A DNA stretch of 64,000 nt from Chromatiales bacterium. Its GTDB lineage: Bacteria > Pseudomonadota > Gammaproteobacteria > SpSt-1174. This document shows, in pieces, positions 28,543 to 38,125 of this stretch. The stretch's first letter is position 1. The number at the start of each line of letters is the position of its first letter. The stretch spans positions 12,919 through 76,918 of the forward strand of contig JABURS010000019.1 of assembly GCA_014762505.1 (NCBI GenBank), read 5' to 3'. A program made the position numbers and the translations under genes. Below the pieces are notes generated by a model. That model did no database searches. It worked only from the letters and a program-made list of their open reading frames with translations, and was not told where the DNA came from.

Positions 28543-29892
28543 ATGAAATATGAGACACAGCGGGTGGCTTACCCGTTCTTCATCGTGGCGATGGCGCTGT
28601 TCGCGGCCCAGGTCTCGTTCGGCCTGCTGAGTGGCGCCGTCTTCGTCTGGCCCAACTTCCTGGCCGAGGCCATGCCCTTCAACATCATGCGCACCAGCCA
28701 TACCAACCTCCTGGTGGTGTGGCTGCTGATAGGCTTCATGGGCTGTACCTATTACCTGATGCCCGAGGAGGCCGAGCAGGAGATCTACAGCCCCCGGCTC
28801 GCCTACATCCAGCTGGCCATCTTCGCCTTTGCGGGGGCCGCGGCGCTGGTCGGCTACCAGTTCGGCATCCACGAGGGGCGCGAGTTTCTGGAGCAGCCCA
28901 CCTGGGTGAAGGTGCTCATCACCCTTTCCTTCCTCATGTTCCTGTTCAACGCCAGCATGACCCTGCTCCGGGGGCGAAAGACGGCCATCAACATGGTGCT
29001 GATGCTCGGGCTCTGGCTGGCCGCCATCTTCTGGCTGTTCGCCTTCTACAACCCGGGCAACCTGTCGGTGGACAAGCTCTACTGGTGGTACATCGTGCAC
29101 ATCTGGGTGGAGGGGGTCTGGGAACTGATCATGGCCTCGCTGCTCGGCTACCTGCTCATCAAGATGACCGGGGTCGATCGCGAGGTGATCGAGAAGTGGC
29201 TTTACGTCATCGTGGGTCTGTCGCTGTTCACGGGGCTGCTGGGCACCGGCCACCATTATTACTGGATCGGCACGCCCGGCTACTGGCAGCCCATCGGCAA
29301 CGTCTTCTCCACGCTGGAGGTGGTGCCGCTGTTCGCCATGGTGGTGTTCGCCTTCTACATGTTCTGGAAGGGCAGCCGCAACCATCCCAACAAGGCCGCC
29401 ATGCTCTGGACGCTTGGGTGTGCCACCGTCGCCTTCTTCGGTGCCGGTGTCTGGGGCTTCATGCACACGCTCTCGTTCATCAACTACTACACCCACGGCA
29501 CCCAGGTCACGGCGGCCCATGGACACCTGGCCTTTTACGGCGCCTACGTGATGCTGGTGCTGGCGATCGTCAGCTATGCCATGCCGCAGCTGCGTCGTGT
29601 CCAGCCCTACAATCAGGTGCTGAACATGTGGGCCTTCTGGATCACCACCTCGGCCATGGCCTTCATGACCTTCACCCTGACCTTCGCGGGCGTTGTGCAG
29701 ACGCATCTGCAGCGCGTGATGGGCATGGGCTACATGGAGGTGCAGGAGCAGATCACCATGTTCTACATCATGCGCTTCGGTGCCGGGTCGGTGGTGGTGA
29801 TCGGTGCGCTGCTGTTCATCTACGCGGTGTTCGGTCCCGCCCGTGAACAGGCGCCGGCCTATGCCAGTGAGGCATCCGTCACCGCGGACTGA
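28543..29892 (+). CDS. norB: Nitric oxide reductase subunit B
   Basis: HTNL, VHIWVEGVWE, GTGHHYY, AHGHLAFYGAY. Confidence 0.96.
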   Translation: MKYETQRVAYPFFIVAMALFAAQVSFGLLSGAVFVWPNFLAEAMPFNIMRTSHTNLLVVWLLIGFMGCTYYLMPEEAEQEIYSPRLAYIQLAIFAFAGAAALVGYQFGIHEGREFLEQPTWVKVLITLSFLMFLFNASMTLLRGRKTAINMVLMLGLWLAAIFWLFAFYNPGNLSVDKLYWWYIVHIWVEGVWELIMASLLGYLLIKMTGVDREVIEKWLYVIVGLSLFTGLLGTGHHYYWIGTPGYWQPIGNVFSTLEVVPLFAMVVFAFYMFWKGSRNHPNKAAMLWTLGCATVAFFGAGVWGFMHTLSFINYYTHGTQVTAAHGHLAFYGAYVMLVLAIVSYAMPQLRRVQPYNQVLNMWAFWITTSAMAFMTFTLTFAGVVQTHLQRVMGMGYMEVQEQITMFYIMRFGAGSVVVIGALLFIYAVFGPAREQAPAYASEASVTAD

Positions 29893-29943
29893 TCGCGGTC
29901 CGGGTCGCCGTTCCCCGCATGTCATCATGATCAGGAGTCGTCC

Positions 29944-30753
29944 ATGCCGCTGAATGCAAGCCCTGCACCGACGGACCGCGAGCTGCCGTTCTACCAGCCC
30001 GTCGGCAGCGAGTGCGATCTCTTCGAGCGAGCCTACCGGCAGCGGCTGCCGCTGTTGCTCAAGGGCCCCACCGGCTGCGGCAAGACGCGCTTCGTGAGTC
30101 ACATGGCGGTGCGCCTGGGACGCCCCCTGTTCACGGTCTCCTGCCACGATGACCTCACCGCCGCCGACCTCACCGGGCGCTATCTCCTCAAAGGCGGGGA
30201 GACCCGATGGGTGGACGGTCCGCTCACCCGGGCTGTGCGCGAGGGCGGCATCTGCTACCTGGACGAGGTGGTCGAGGCACGCAAGGACGTGACGGTGGTG
30301 CTGCATCCGCTCACCGATGACCGACGCCTGCTGCCGCTCGAACGCACGGGCGAGCTGCTGGAGGCGCCGGACGAGTTCATGCTGGTGGTCTCATACAACC
30401 CGGGTTACCAGCACATCCTCAAGTCTCTCAAACCGAGCACGCGCCAGCGCTTCGTGGCCACGAGCTTCTCCTTCCCCCCGCCCGGGCTGGAGCGCGACAT
30501 CGTGGCCCGCGAGAGCGGTCTCGCGCAGGCGCAATGCGCCGCACTGGTCAACCTGGCCGTGCGGCTGCGGGCGATGAAGGGGCAGGACCTGGAGGAGGGC
30601 GTTTCCACGCGCCTGCTGGTCTACTGCGCCACGCTCATCGCCTCCGGCATGCCCATCCTCGAGGCGGCCCGCGTCACGCTGGTGGAGCCCCTGAGCGATG
30701 ACGAGGACGTGCAGCAGGGGCTGCTCGAGGCCATCCACGCCACCTTCGGCTGA
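29944..30753 (+). CDS. norQ: NorQ AAA+ ATPase
   Basis: [21 protein letters not shown]; downstream of norB. Confidence 0.93.
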   Translation: MPLNASPAPTDRELPFYQPVGSECDLFERAYRQRLPLLLKGPTGCGKTRFVSHMAVRLGRPLFTVSCHDDLTAADLTGRYLLKGGETRWVDGPLTRAVREGGICYLDEVVEARKDVTVVLHPLTDDRRLLPLERTGELLEAPDEFMLVVSYNPGYQHILKSLKPSTRQRFVATSFSFPPPGLERDIVARESGLAQAQCAALVNLAVRLRAMKGQDLEEGVSTRLLVYCATLIASGMPILEAARVTLVEPLSDDEDVQQGLLEAIHATFG

Positions 30754-30791
30754 AGACAGACCGGCCGCACAGGCCGCGGGAGGTTCGGCAC

Positions 30792-32723
30792 ATGTTCCAG
30801 TTCCTCGAGGTCGAGGAATTCGTCGGTCGTTACTGGCACCGCTGGGCCACACGGGCCGCCAGCTACCCCCGCCATCCGGAGGCGGCGGTGTCGCTCGACA
30901 CGCTGCGCCCCGTGCTGGGGGTGTTCTTTCGTGCCAGCGGCGGCGAGGCGGGACTGGCGGTGGAGGCCATCGCCGCCGGGGGCTCGGGCCATCGCCTCAG
31001 CCTGCGCCAGCGCCTCGGCCTGGACGAGGAGCACCTGGACCTCGCGCGCCGCGACGAGGAAAACCTGCTGCTGCCGCCGCAGATCGCGCTCTTTCCCGAG
31101 CGCCCCCTCAACCGTGATCTCTACTTCTGGCTGACCGCCTTCCTGGCGCTGGCCCGCCACCCCGGGCCCCAGGCCGACCCCCTGCGCCGGGACATCGCCT
31201 GGTTGCGCGAGGCCTTTCGCGCGCAGACGGCGGTGCTCGCGCAGTTCCCGGGGCTGCGCGAGCGCCATGCGCGCCTCCGCCAGGCCCTGCTGGCCATCCG
31301 CCCGCGACGCCGCCTGCCCAGGGCGGAGTCCATGGTGGAGACGGTCATCCGCGCCCTGCTCGGTGACGATGGCCCGTGCGCCGGGGAGGCCCGCGCGCTG
31401 CTCGATCTCGTGCGTGCGCCGGGCGAGGTCGTGCTGACGGCCTATCGCGTACCGCGGGACTACCGACCGCCGCTGCCCGTGCCCCTGTGGGGGCAGGTGA
31501 CGACGCTCGGCACCGGTGAGGCCCGGGCACCCGAAGACGAGGGCGACGACGAGGGGGGCGACGCCCGGGCGGTCGATGGCGGCAGGCGCCAGGCGCAGCG
31601 CCGCCGGCAGGACCAGAGCGAGCGCGACGACCCGCTGGTGTTCAGCCGCTTCGAGAAGCTGCTGAGCCTCAGCGAGATGGTGAACCTCAACCGGCTGGTC
31701 GAGGACGAGGAGGACGAGGCGGCCCGGCGCGCCGCCGACCAGCTCGAGGAGATCGTCATCGGCCCGCACCAGCGGCGTGCCGCCACCCGCCTGCGGGTGG
31801 AGCTCGACCTGGCCCCGGATGCGGTCACGGGCGGGCGCCTCGCGGGGCGGTACCGCTACCCGGAGTGGAACCACCGCCGGCAGGCCTACCTGCCGGACCA
31901 CTGCCTGGTGCTCACCGACCGGCAGGCGGAAGGGGAGGACTGGGTGCCCGACGAGGCCACGCGGCGGCGCATCCGGCGGGTGCGTCGCGAGTTCGAGGCC
32001 CTGCGTCCGCGCCGCGAACTGCTGCGCGCGCAGCTGGACGGCAACGAGCTGGATACCGATGCCCTGATCCGTGCCCGCTGCGACCTCGCCGCCACCGGCG
32101 AGTCCGGCGACCGGTTCTACCTGGCCACCCGCGCGCAGGCCCGCGACCTGGCCGTCTCCATCCTGGTGGACGTCTCGCTCTCCACCGACGCCTGGCTCGA
32201 CGACCGCCGGGTGCTGGACGTGGAGAAGGAGGCGCTGCTGGTGCTGGGGCACGGGCTGGCGGGTTGCGGCGATGACTACGCCATCCACAGCTTCACCTCG
32301 CATCGCCGCCACCGGGTCTGGGTGAACACCCTCAAGGACTTCGAGGAGCCCATGGGCGAGCGGGTGACGCGCCGCATCGCGGCGCTGCAGCCCGGCCACT
32401 ACACCCGCATGGGCCCGGCCATCCGTCACGTCACGGCCGGGCTGGCCGAGCGCCCCAACCGCCACCGCCTGCTGCTGGTGCTCACCGACGGCAAGCCCAA
32501 CGACACGGACTACTACGAGGGGCGTTACGGGATCGAGGACACGCGCAAGGCGGTGCTGGAGGCGCGCCGGCAGGAGGTGCGCGTCTTCGGCGTGACCATC
32601 GACCGTGAGGCGCAGCAGTACATCCCGCATCTCTTCGGCCGCGGCGGCTACGCCATCGTCAACCGCCCCGAGCACCTGGCGCTGGCCCTGCCGGGCATCT
32701 ACCGCCAGATCATCGGGCTCTGA
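30792..32723 (+). CDS. norD: NorD VWA-domain activation protein
   Basis: EEFVGRYWH, YPEW, MIDAS DVSLS, LTDGKPND, YEGRYGIEDTR. Confidence 0.93.
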   Translation: MFQFLEVEEFVGRYWHRWATRAASYPRHPEAAVSLDTLRPVLGVFFRASGGEAGLAVEAIAAGGSGHRLSLRQRLGLDEEHLDLARRDEENLLLPPQIALFPERPLNRDLYFWLTAFLALARHPGPQADPLRRDIAWLREAFRAQTAVLAQFPGLRERHARLRQALLAIRPRRRLPRAESMVETVIRALLGDDGPCAGEARALLDLVRAPGEVVLTAYRVPRDYRPPLPVPLWGQVTTLGTGEARAPEDEGDDEGGDARAVDGGRRQAQRRRQDQSERDDPLVFSRFEKLLSLSEMVNLNRLVEDEEDEAARRAADQLEEIVIGPHQRRAATRLRVELDLAPDAVTGGRLAGRYRYPEWNHRRQAYLPDHCLVLTDRQAEGEDWVPDEATRRRIRRVRREFEALRPRRELLRAQLDGNELDTDALIRARCDLAATGESGDRFYLATRAQARDLAVSILVDVSLSTDAWLDDRRVLDVEKEALLVLGHGLAGCGDDYAIHSFTSHRRHRVWVNTLKDFEEPMGERVTRRIAALQPGHYTRMGPAIRHVTAGLAERPNRHRLLLVLTDGKPNDTDYYEGRYGIEDTRKAVLEARRQEVRVFGVTIDREAQQYIPHLFGRGGYAIVNRPEHLALALPGIYRQIIGL

Positions 32724-32727
32724 GCGC

Positions 32728-32976
32728 ATGGGTAGCACGCGCCCCGCCCTCGCCATCACTGCCGGCCTGCTCGTCGCCCTGGCGGTCATCGCACCGCTGG
32801 CCTGGCTCGTCCATACCCGGGACTGGGGCGTGACGCTGATCCTGCTGGCGCCGTTCGTCATCTACGGGCTCATGCGCCTGGGCCGCGCCCTGGCCGACTG
32901 GGCGGATACGCCGCCTCCCTCATCGGATCTGCCCATTCGTGGGCCTGACGAGCCGGATCGGGACGGGGCGGCCTAG
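32728..32976 (+). CDS. Small two-TM hypothetical membrane protein
   Basis: ATG 5 nt after the norD stop; two hydrophobic helices. Confidence 0.55.
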   Translation: MGSTRPALAITAGLLVALAVIAPLAWLVHTRDWGVTLILLAPFVIYGLMRLGRALADWADTPPPSSDLPIRGPDEPDRDGAA

Positions 32977-33419
32977 GGACCGGTCGGTTCCCAGCCTCGC
33001 AGGATCGTCGTTGCCAGCTGTACCAGCTCCTCACGCCAGCCCGTGTGCCCCACCGGTATGCCGATCAAGGCCCAGCGGGCCGGCAGCGTGCCCAGGGCGT
33101 CCAGGAGGCGCAGCGTGGTGCCCACGCCGATGCCGTGGCTGCTGGCGTCCTGCCAGTGCACGAGTTCGTCGAGCGTGATGGGGCGGACCGCGTCTATCCT
33201 GCTATCCGGGGTGCTGTCCGGGGCGAGGGCGTCGAGCAGCAGGGCATGGCTTGCGGGGGCGAGCAGGGCGGGCAGTTCGGCGGCGGGATTGCCGGTGAGG
33301 CGGGTCTCGAGGTCGATCGATGCGCTGCCGGCGAGCGCGGCCGCGAGGTGACGGGCGGCTACCCAGCCCAGGGTGTCGGCGCCGAAGGGGGAGCCGATGC
33401 CGACCAGCGTCAGCCTCAT
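32973..33419 (-). CDS. Hydrogenase maturation protease
   Basis: GIGSPFGAD, LLLDA, SSHGIG; overlaps the large-subunit stop. Confidence 0.8.
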   Translation of the reverse strand: MRLTLVGIGSPFGADTLGWVAARHLAAALAGSASIDLETRLTGNPAAELPALLAPASHALLLDALAPDSTPDSRIDAVRPITLDELVHWQDASSHGIGVGTTLRLLDALGTLPARWALIGIPVGHTGWREELVQLATTILRGWEPTGP

Positions 33420-34717
33420 GCCCCGTCGCGGCGGACGTTCACGCGCAGGAAGTGCGTGGCGCAGGAGATGCAGGGGTCGTAGTTGCGGATGACGGTCTCG
33501 GCATGCAGGCGGATGGCGTCGTCCGAGTGGTCGAGGCCGAAGGCCTGGATGGACCGGTGCAGGTCGTCCTCGATGCGGGCCTGGTTCTGCGCCGTGGGCG
33601 GCACGATGCGCGCGCTTTTCACCCGACCGTCCGCGTCGAAGTCGTAGCGGTGCCAGAGGATGCCGCGCGGCGCCTCGGTGACGCCGAAGCCCGTGCCCGC
33701 CCGCGGCGTGATCTCCTCGAAGGGCCGGTCGGGACGGCTGTAGCCCTCGAGCAGGCGGATCGCCTCCAGCAGGGCGTAATGGATCTCGATGGCGCGTGCG
33801 ACGATGCTGTGGAACATGTTGCGGCTGGGAAACTGCACCGGCAGCTCGTCGAGCAGCGGCAGGGCCTGGGCGAGCTGCTCGCGGTTGAGGTTGACGCGCG
33901 CCAGCGGCCCGGTGAGATAGGGCTGGTCGTCGACATAGGAATACAGCGCCGTGGAATGCGGCACGTGGGCCTCGCGAAAATGCGTCTCGTAGTCCTCGGC
34001 GGCCAGCGACAGGCCGGTGTCGGTGATGACGCGCCCGGCGTAGATGCCGTACTCGTCCGGATGGTGCAGGGCGACGTTGATGAAGTCCTGGCGGTCGTCC
34101 GGGAAGTCCAGCGTGGCAGTCCAGCGCACCAGGTTCTCGGCATCGACCAGGGCCGCGCGCAGGGCCTGCAGCAGCGCGTCGGCCTCGGCATAGGAGGGCG
34201 CGTGGTGGAAGCCGCCGGGTCGGATGCCCACCGGGTGCACGGAGCGCCCGCCGAGGAAACGGATGAGCCGGTTGCCCAGCCCCTGCAGGTGCAGGCCGCG
34301 CTTCACCTCCTCGGGGAAGTCGCGCGCCATCTCGATGGCGCTGCCAAAACCCAGGAAGTCCGGCACGGCCAGCAGGTGTACGTGCAGGGCGTGGCTCTGG
34401 ATCCATTCCCCGCAGTACATCAGGCGGCGCATCTCGCGCACCCAGGGGCCGGCCGCGTGACCGAAGGCCTGCTCGATGGCCTGGGCGGCGCTCATCTGGT
34501 AGGCCACCGGGCAGATGCCGCAGATGCGGGCGACGATGTCCGGGATCTCGTGGTGGTTGCGACCCTCGAGGAACTTCTCGAAGTAGCGCGGCGGCTCGAA
34601 GATGCGCAGCCTGAGCTCGCGGATCGCGCCGTCACGGATGTCGAGGTCCAGCGCGCCCTCGCCCTCGACGCGGGCGAGCACCGGGACGTTGATGGTGATG
34701 GGGCGGTTGACGTCCAT
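33416..34717 (-). CDS. Group 3b [NiFe] hydrogenase large (alpha) subunit
   Basis: ARVEGEG, L1 RICGIC, EAPRG, L2 DPCISCATH plus a cleavable tail. Confidence 0.93.
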   Translation of the reverse strand: MDVNRPITINVPVLARVEGEGALDLDIRDGAIRELRLRIFEPPRYFEKFLEGRNHHEIPDIVARICGICPVAYQMSAAQAIEQAFGHAAGPWVREMRRLMYCGEWIQSHALHVHLLAVPDFLGFGSAIEMARDFPEEVKRGLHLQGLGNRLIRFLGGRSVHPVGIRPGGFHHAPSYAEADALLQALRAALVDAENLVRWTATLDFPDDRQDFINVALHHPDEYGIYAGRVITDTGLSLAAEDYETHFREAHVPHSTALYSYVDDQPYLTGPLARVNLNREQLAQALPLLDELPVQFPSRNMFHSIVARAIEIHYALLEAIRLLEGYSRPDRPFEEITPRAGTGFGVTEAPRGILWHRYDFDADGRVKSARIVPPTAQNQARIEDDLHRSIQAFGLDHSDDAIRLHAETVIRNYDPCISCATHFLRVNVRRDGA

Positions 34718-34720
34718 GGC

Positions 34721-35527
34721 CTACTCGCTGCGGTGCTTGTTGCCGGCCACGCGAAAGGCCGGGGCGTGGCTGTTGATGAAGTGGAAGCGCCGCGTGACGT
34801 CACCCGGCTGCAGGCCCAGGGTGCCGAGCCGCTGGCCCAGGGCGTCGGTGTTGACCGTCTCGGCCGGGCCGTAGCAGGCGTAGCAGTCGCGGCCATAGCG
34901 CGGGCAGATCGCGCCGCAGCCGGTCTGCGTGACCGGGCCCATGCAGGGCATGCCCTTCGCCACCATCACGCACACGGCGTTCTGGCGCTTGCACTCCAGG
35001 CAGACCTTGTCGCGCGACTGCGTGGGCTGCACGCCATGCAGCAGGTCGTGCAGCACGCCCACCACCTGCGCGGTGTTCACCGGGCAGCCCCAGATCTCCA
35101 GGTCCACCTTCACGTGCTCGGCCACCGGCGTGGCGGTGTCCAGGCTGGCGACGTATTCGGGGCTCGCGTACACCGCCTGGCGCCACGCGTCCACGCCGTC
35201 GGCATAGAGGTTGCGCAGGGCCTGCAGGCCGCCGGAGGTGGCGCAGGCGCCGATGCTGATCAGGTAACCGCTGTGCGCGCGGATGTGTTCGAGACGCTCG
35301 CGCTCCTCGGGCGTGGAGACGCTGCCCTCGATGAAGGCGATGTCGGCGGGCGCATCCGGATCGACGGGGCCGGCCTCGGCGAAGTGCACGAACTCGACCA
35401 GCTCGCTCACCGCGAGCAGGGCCTCGCCGGCGTTGAGGAAGGCCAGCTGGCAGCCGTCGCAGGAGCTGAACTTGTGCACCGCGACCCGCGGCCGGCGGCC
35501 GGCGAAGCCCGAGTAGTCAAAGCCCAT
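34721..35527 (-). CDS. Group 3b [NiFe] hydrogenase small (delta) subunit
   Basis: SCDGCQ, IEGS, IGACATSGG, GCP, C-terminal Cys cluster. Confidence 0.92.
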   Translation of the reverse strand: MGFDYSGFAGRRPRVAVHKFSSCDGCQLAFLNAGEALLAVSELVEFVHFAEAGPVDPDAPADIAFIEGSVSTPEERERLEHIRAHSGYLISIGACATSGGLQALRNLYADGVDAWRQAVYASPEYVASLDTATPVAEHVKVDLEIWGCPVNTAQVVGVLHDLLHGVQPTQSRDKVCLECKRQNAVCVMVAKGMPCMGPVTQTGCGAICPRYGRDCYACYGPAETVNTDALGQRLGTLGLQPGDVTRRFHFINSHAPAFRVAGNKHRSE

Positions 35528-36376
35528 TCAGAACCCCCTCACGCCCAGCAGCGGGGCGAGCTCGGTGTAGTTGAACACGGGCCCGTCCTTGCAGACGAAG
35601 TGCGGGCCGAGCTGGCAGTGGCCGCAGTGGCCGACGCCGCAGTGCATGTTGCGCTCCATGCTGAGCCACAGGTTCCCGGCGGCCATGTCGCGGGCGAGCA
35701 GCGCCTCGGCGCAGGCCTGCATCATGCGCTCGGGGCCGCACATCATGGCGATGGCATTGTCGCGGTCGAACTGCGCGCGGTCGATGAGCTCGGTGACCAG
35801 GCCGACGTGGTAGGGCCAGCCCTGGCCGGCGATGTCGGCGGCGAGCAGGACCTGGGTGTCCGGCAGTTTCGCCCAGGCCATGTAGCGGTCGTGCCAGATG
35901 AGGTCGTCGGTGTGCTTCACGCCCTGCAGGATCACCAGTCGGCCGAAGCGTTCCCGGCGCCTCACCACGTAATTGATCACCGAGACCAGCGGGGCGCAGC
36001 CCAGGCCGCCGGTGATGAGCACCACGTCGTGGCCACAGGCCTGGTCCAGCGGCCAGCCTCGGCCGAAGGGCCCGCGGATGCCGACGCGCTGGCCGGCCCT
36101 GAGCTGCTCCAGGCCACGGGTGACGCGTCCCACGGCGCGGATGGTGTGGTCGAGCAGACTGTCGTCGTCCGGGTCGGAGACGATGGAGATGGGCACCTCG
36201 CCGATGCCCTGCAGGTAGACCATGTTGAACTGGCCGGGGACGAAGGCATAGGCAGCGTGCGCGGCCTGGTCGGTCATGCGCAGGCGCAGGGTGTAGATGC
36301 TCTCCGATTCCTGGATGCGCTCGACGATCTCGGCCTCGGCCGGCAGGCTGGGGTTGGGCATGGGCGCCTCAGTCAT
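35528..36376 (-). CDS. Sulfhydrogenase gamma subunit (FAD/NAD(P)-binding, 2Fe-2S)
   Basis: [36 protein letters not shown]...VCKDGPVF. Confidence 0.92.
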   Translation of the reverse strand: MTEAPMPNPSLPAEAEIVERIQESESIYTLRLRMTDQAAHAAYAFVPGQFNMVYLQGIGEVPISIVSDPDDDSLLDHTIRAVGRVTRGLEQLRAGQRVGIRGPFGRGWPLDQACGHDVVLITGGLGCAPLVSVINYVVRRRERFGRLVILQGVKHTDDLIWHDRYMAWAKLPDTQVLLAADIAGQGWPYHVGLVTELIDRAQFDRDNAIAMMCGPERMMQACAEALLARDMAAGNLWLSMERNMHCGVGHCGHCQLGPHFVCKDGPVFNYTELAPLLGVRGF

Positions 36377-37484
36377 GGTCGCCTCCGGTGGCATGGATGC
36401 GCGCCACCTCCTCGGTGAGGTCGATGCCCACCGGGCACCAGGTGATGCAGCGCCCGCAGCCGGTGCAGCCCGAGCGGCCGTACTGGTCGTGCCAGCCGCC
36501 GAGTTTGTGCGTGAGCCACTGGCGATAGCGCAGGCGCGTGTCGCTGCGGATCACGATGCCGGCGAGGTAGCTGTGGCCCTCGGTGAAGCAGGAATCCCAT
36601 TCGCGGTAATGCCGGCCCTGGTCGCCATCGAGTAGCGGCACGTCGTGTTCGGCATGGCAGAAGCAGGTGGGGCAGACCGAGGTACAGTTGCCGCAGCTCA
36701 GGCAGCGCGCCGCCACGTCGTCCCACTGCGGGTGATCGAGGTTGGCGAACAGCAGGTCGCGCAGGTTGCGCGAGGGCAGGGTGCGCGTCTGGCGTTCGCC
36801 GGCCGCCGCGACGGCGGCCTCTGCCTGCGCGACCTGCGTGCCGGAGGCCTCCGGGAGCGAGAGCGAGGCGAGCACGCTGGTGCCCGCCTCGCTGCCGGCA
36901 GCGACGAGATAGCCCGCATCCGTCTCGTGCAGCGCGAGGTCGAAGCCTGCCGTGCACAGCGGGCCATCACCCGTGGAGGCGCAGAAGCAGGTGGCGGCCG
37001 GTGCCGTGCAGTGCACGGCGACGATGAAGAGGTTCCGGCGGCGGGCGGCGTAGTAGGCGTCGGCATGCGCGCCTTGCAGAAAATGCTGGTCCTGCAGGTG
37101 CAGGGCGGCGAGGTCGCAGGCCCGCGCCCCGATCACGGCAACCTTCTCCCCGGCGGGCAGGGTGGCGGCAAACTGCAGGTGGCCATCGGCACCGATGCGG
37201 CTCTCCCACAGCGTCTCGCGCGGGGCGAAGGTGAGCGGCTTGATGGCCTGCGGGCCGTTGGCCCAGGCAAAGGCGCGGGAGGGATCGGCGTGTTGCAGGC
37301 GGTAGTGGCCGGGGGCCTGTTCGTCCTGCCAGCCCCAGGGCAGGTCGGCGGCCTGTCCCAGGGTGTCGAAGACGATGGCGCCGTCGCGCGGCTGTGGGCC
37401 GACGCAGCGATAGCCGTCCTCGCGCAGGGCGGTGAGCAGGGTGTCGAGTGCGTGGCTGGCGAGTACCCGTTGAGATGTCCCCAT
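36369..37484 (-). CDS. Sulfhydrogenase beta subunit (4Fe-4S dicluster)
   Basis: [37 protein letters not shown]. Confidence 0.9.
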   Translation of the reverse strand: MGTSQRVLASHALDTLLTALREDGYRCVGPQPRDGAIVFDTLGQAADLPWGWQDEQAPGHYRLQHADPSRAFAWANGPQAIKPLTFAPRETLWESRIGADGHLQFAATLPAGEKVAVIGARACDLAALHLQDQHFLQGAHADAYYAARRRNLFIVAVHCTAPAATCFCASTGDGPLCTAGFDLALHETDAGYLVAAGSEAGTSVLASLSLPEASGTQVAQAEAAVAAAGERQTRTLPSRNLRDLLFANLDHPQWDDVAARCLSCGNCTSVCPTCFCHAEHDVPLLDGDQGRHYREWDSCFTEGHSYLAGIVIRSDTRLRYRQWLTHKLGGWHDQYGRSGCTGCGRCITWCPVGIDLTEEVARIHATGGDHD

Positions 37485-37557
37485 GCGCCCAAGCATAGCG
37501 CGAAATCGTGACGGGTGTTTGACCTGGGGCAGGCCCTGGTCGGAAAGAACGGTGGCC

Positions 37558-38112
37558 TCAGTGGGCCTCGAGCTTGCCCAGCTCCGCGACGATGCTGTTG
37601 AGCAGGGACTCACCCTGGGCCCCCATGCCCTTCGCCAGCCGGTCCACGTCGCGCTCGCCGTTCACCAGCCGGCGCATGATGCCGCCCAGGCGGGCCATGT
37701 CGCCGCCGGCGGCGGTCATCTGCTCGGCCATGTGGGAGAGCAGGCTCAGGGCCTCGGCATTGCCGCGCGCGGCCTGGTGGATCATGTGGGCGAGCCCGGG
37801 GGCGGCCATGGTGGGGTCGGCGCTCTGCGCGGGATCGGGCAGCGTGCCCGGGTCCTGCAGGCCGCGCAGGATGGCCTCGACGATGATGCTGTCTTCCTCG
37901 TCCAGGCCGCCCAACAGGGCCATGTCGCGGCTGCCGTCGAGGATCTTGCGGATGGCGGCCACCAGCGCCACCCAGCCGTTCTGCTCGGAGACGCGCAGCG
38001 GCTCGTCGAGCTGGTGTTTCAGTGCCGGGTTCTGCGCCGCCTGCACCACGCCGACGATGAGGGCGGCGTGGGCCTGGACGATCTGCTGGTCTCTTTCGGG
38101 CAGCTTGGCCAT
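37558..38112 (-). CDS. Hypothetical alpha-helical protein
   Basis: Clean ORF with GAGGA RBS directly downstream of valS; no family recognised. Confidence 0.75.
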   Translation of the reverse strand: MAKLPERDQQIVQAHAALIVGVVQAAQNPALKHQLDEPLRVSEQNGWVALVAAIRKILDGSRDMALLGGLDEEDSIIVEAILRGLQDPGTLPDPAQSADPTMAAPGLAHMIHQAARGNAEALSLLSHMAEQMTAAGGDMARLGGIMRRLVNGERDVDRLAKGMGAQGESLLNSIVAELGKLEAH

Positions 38113-38125
38113 GGTGCGGGTCCTC

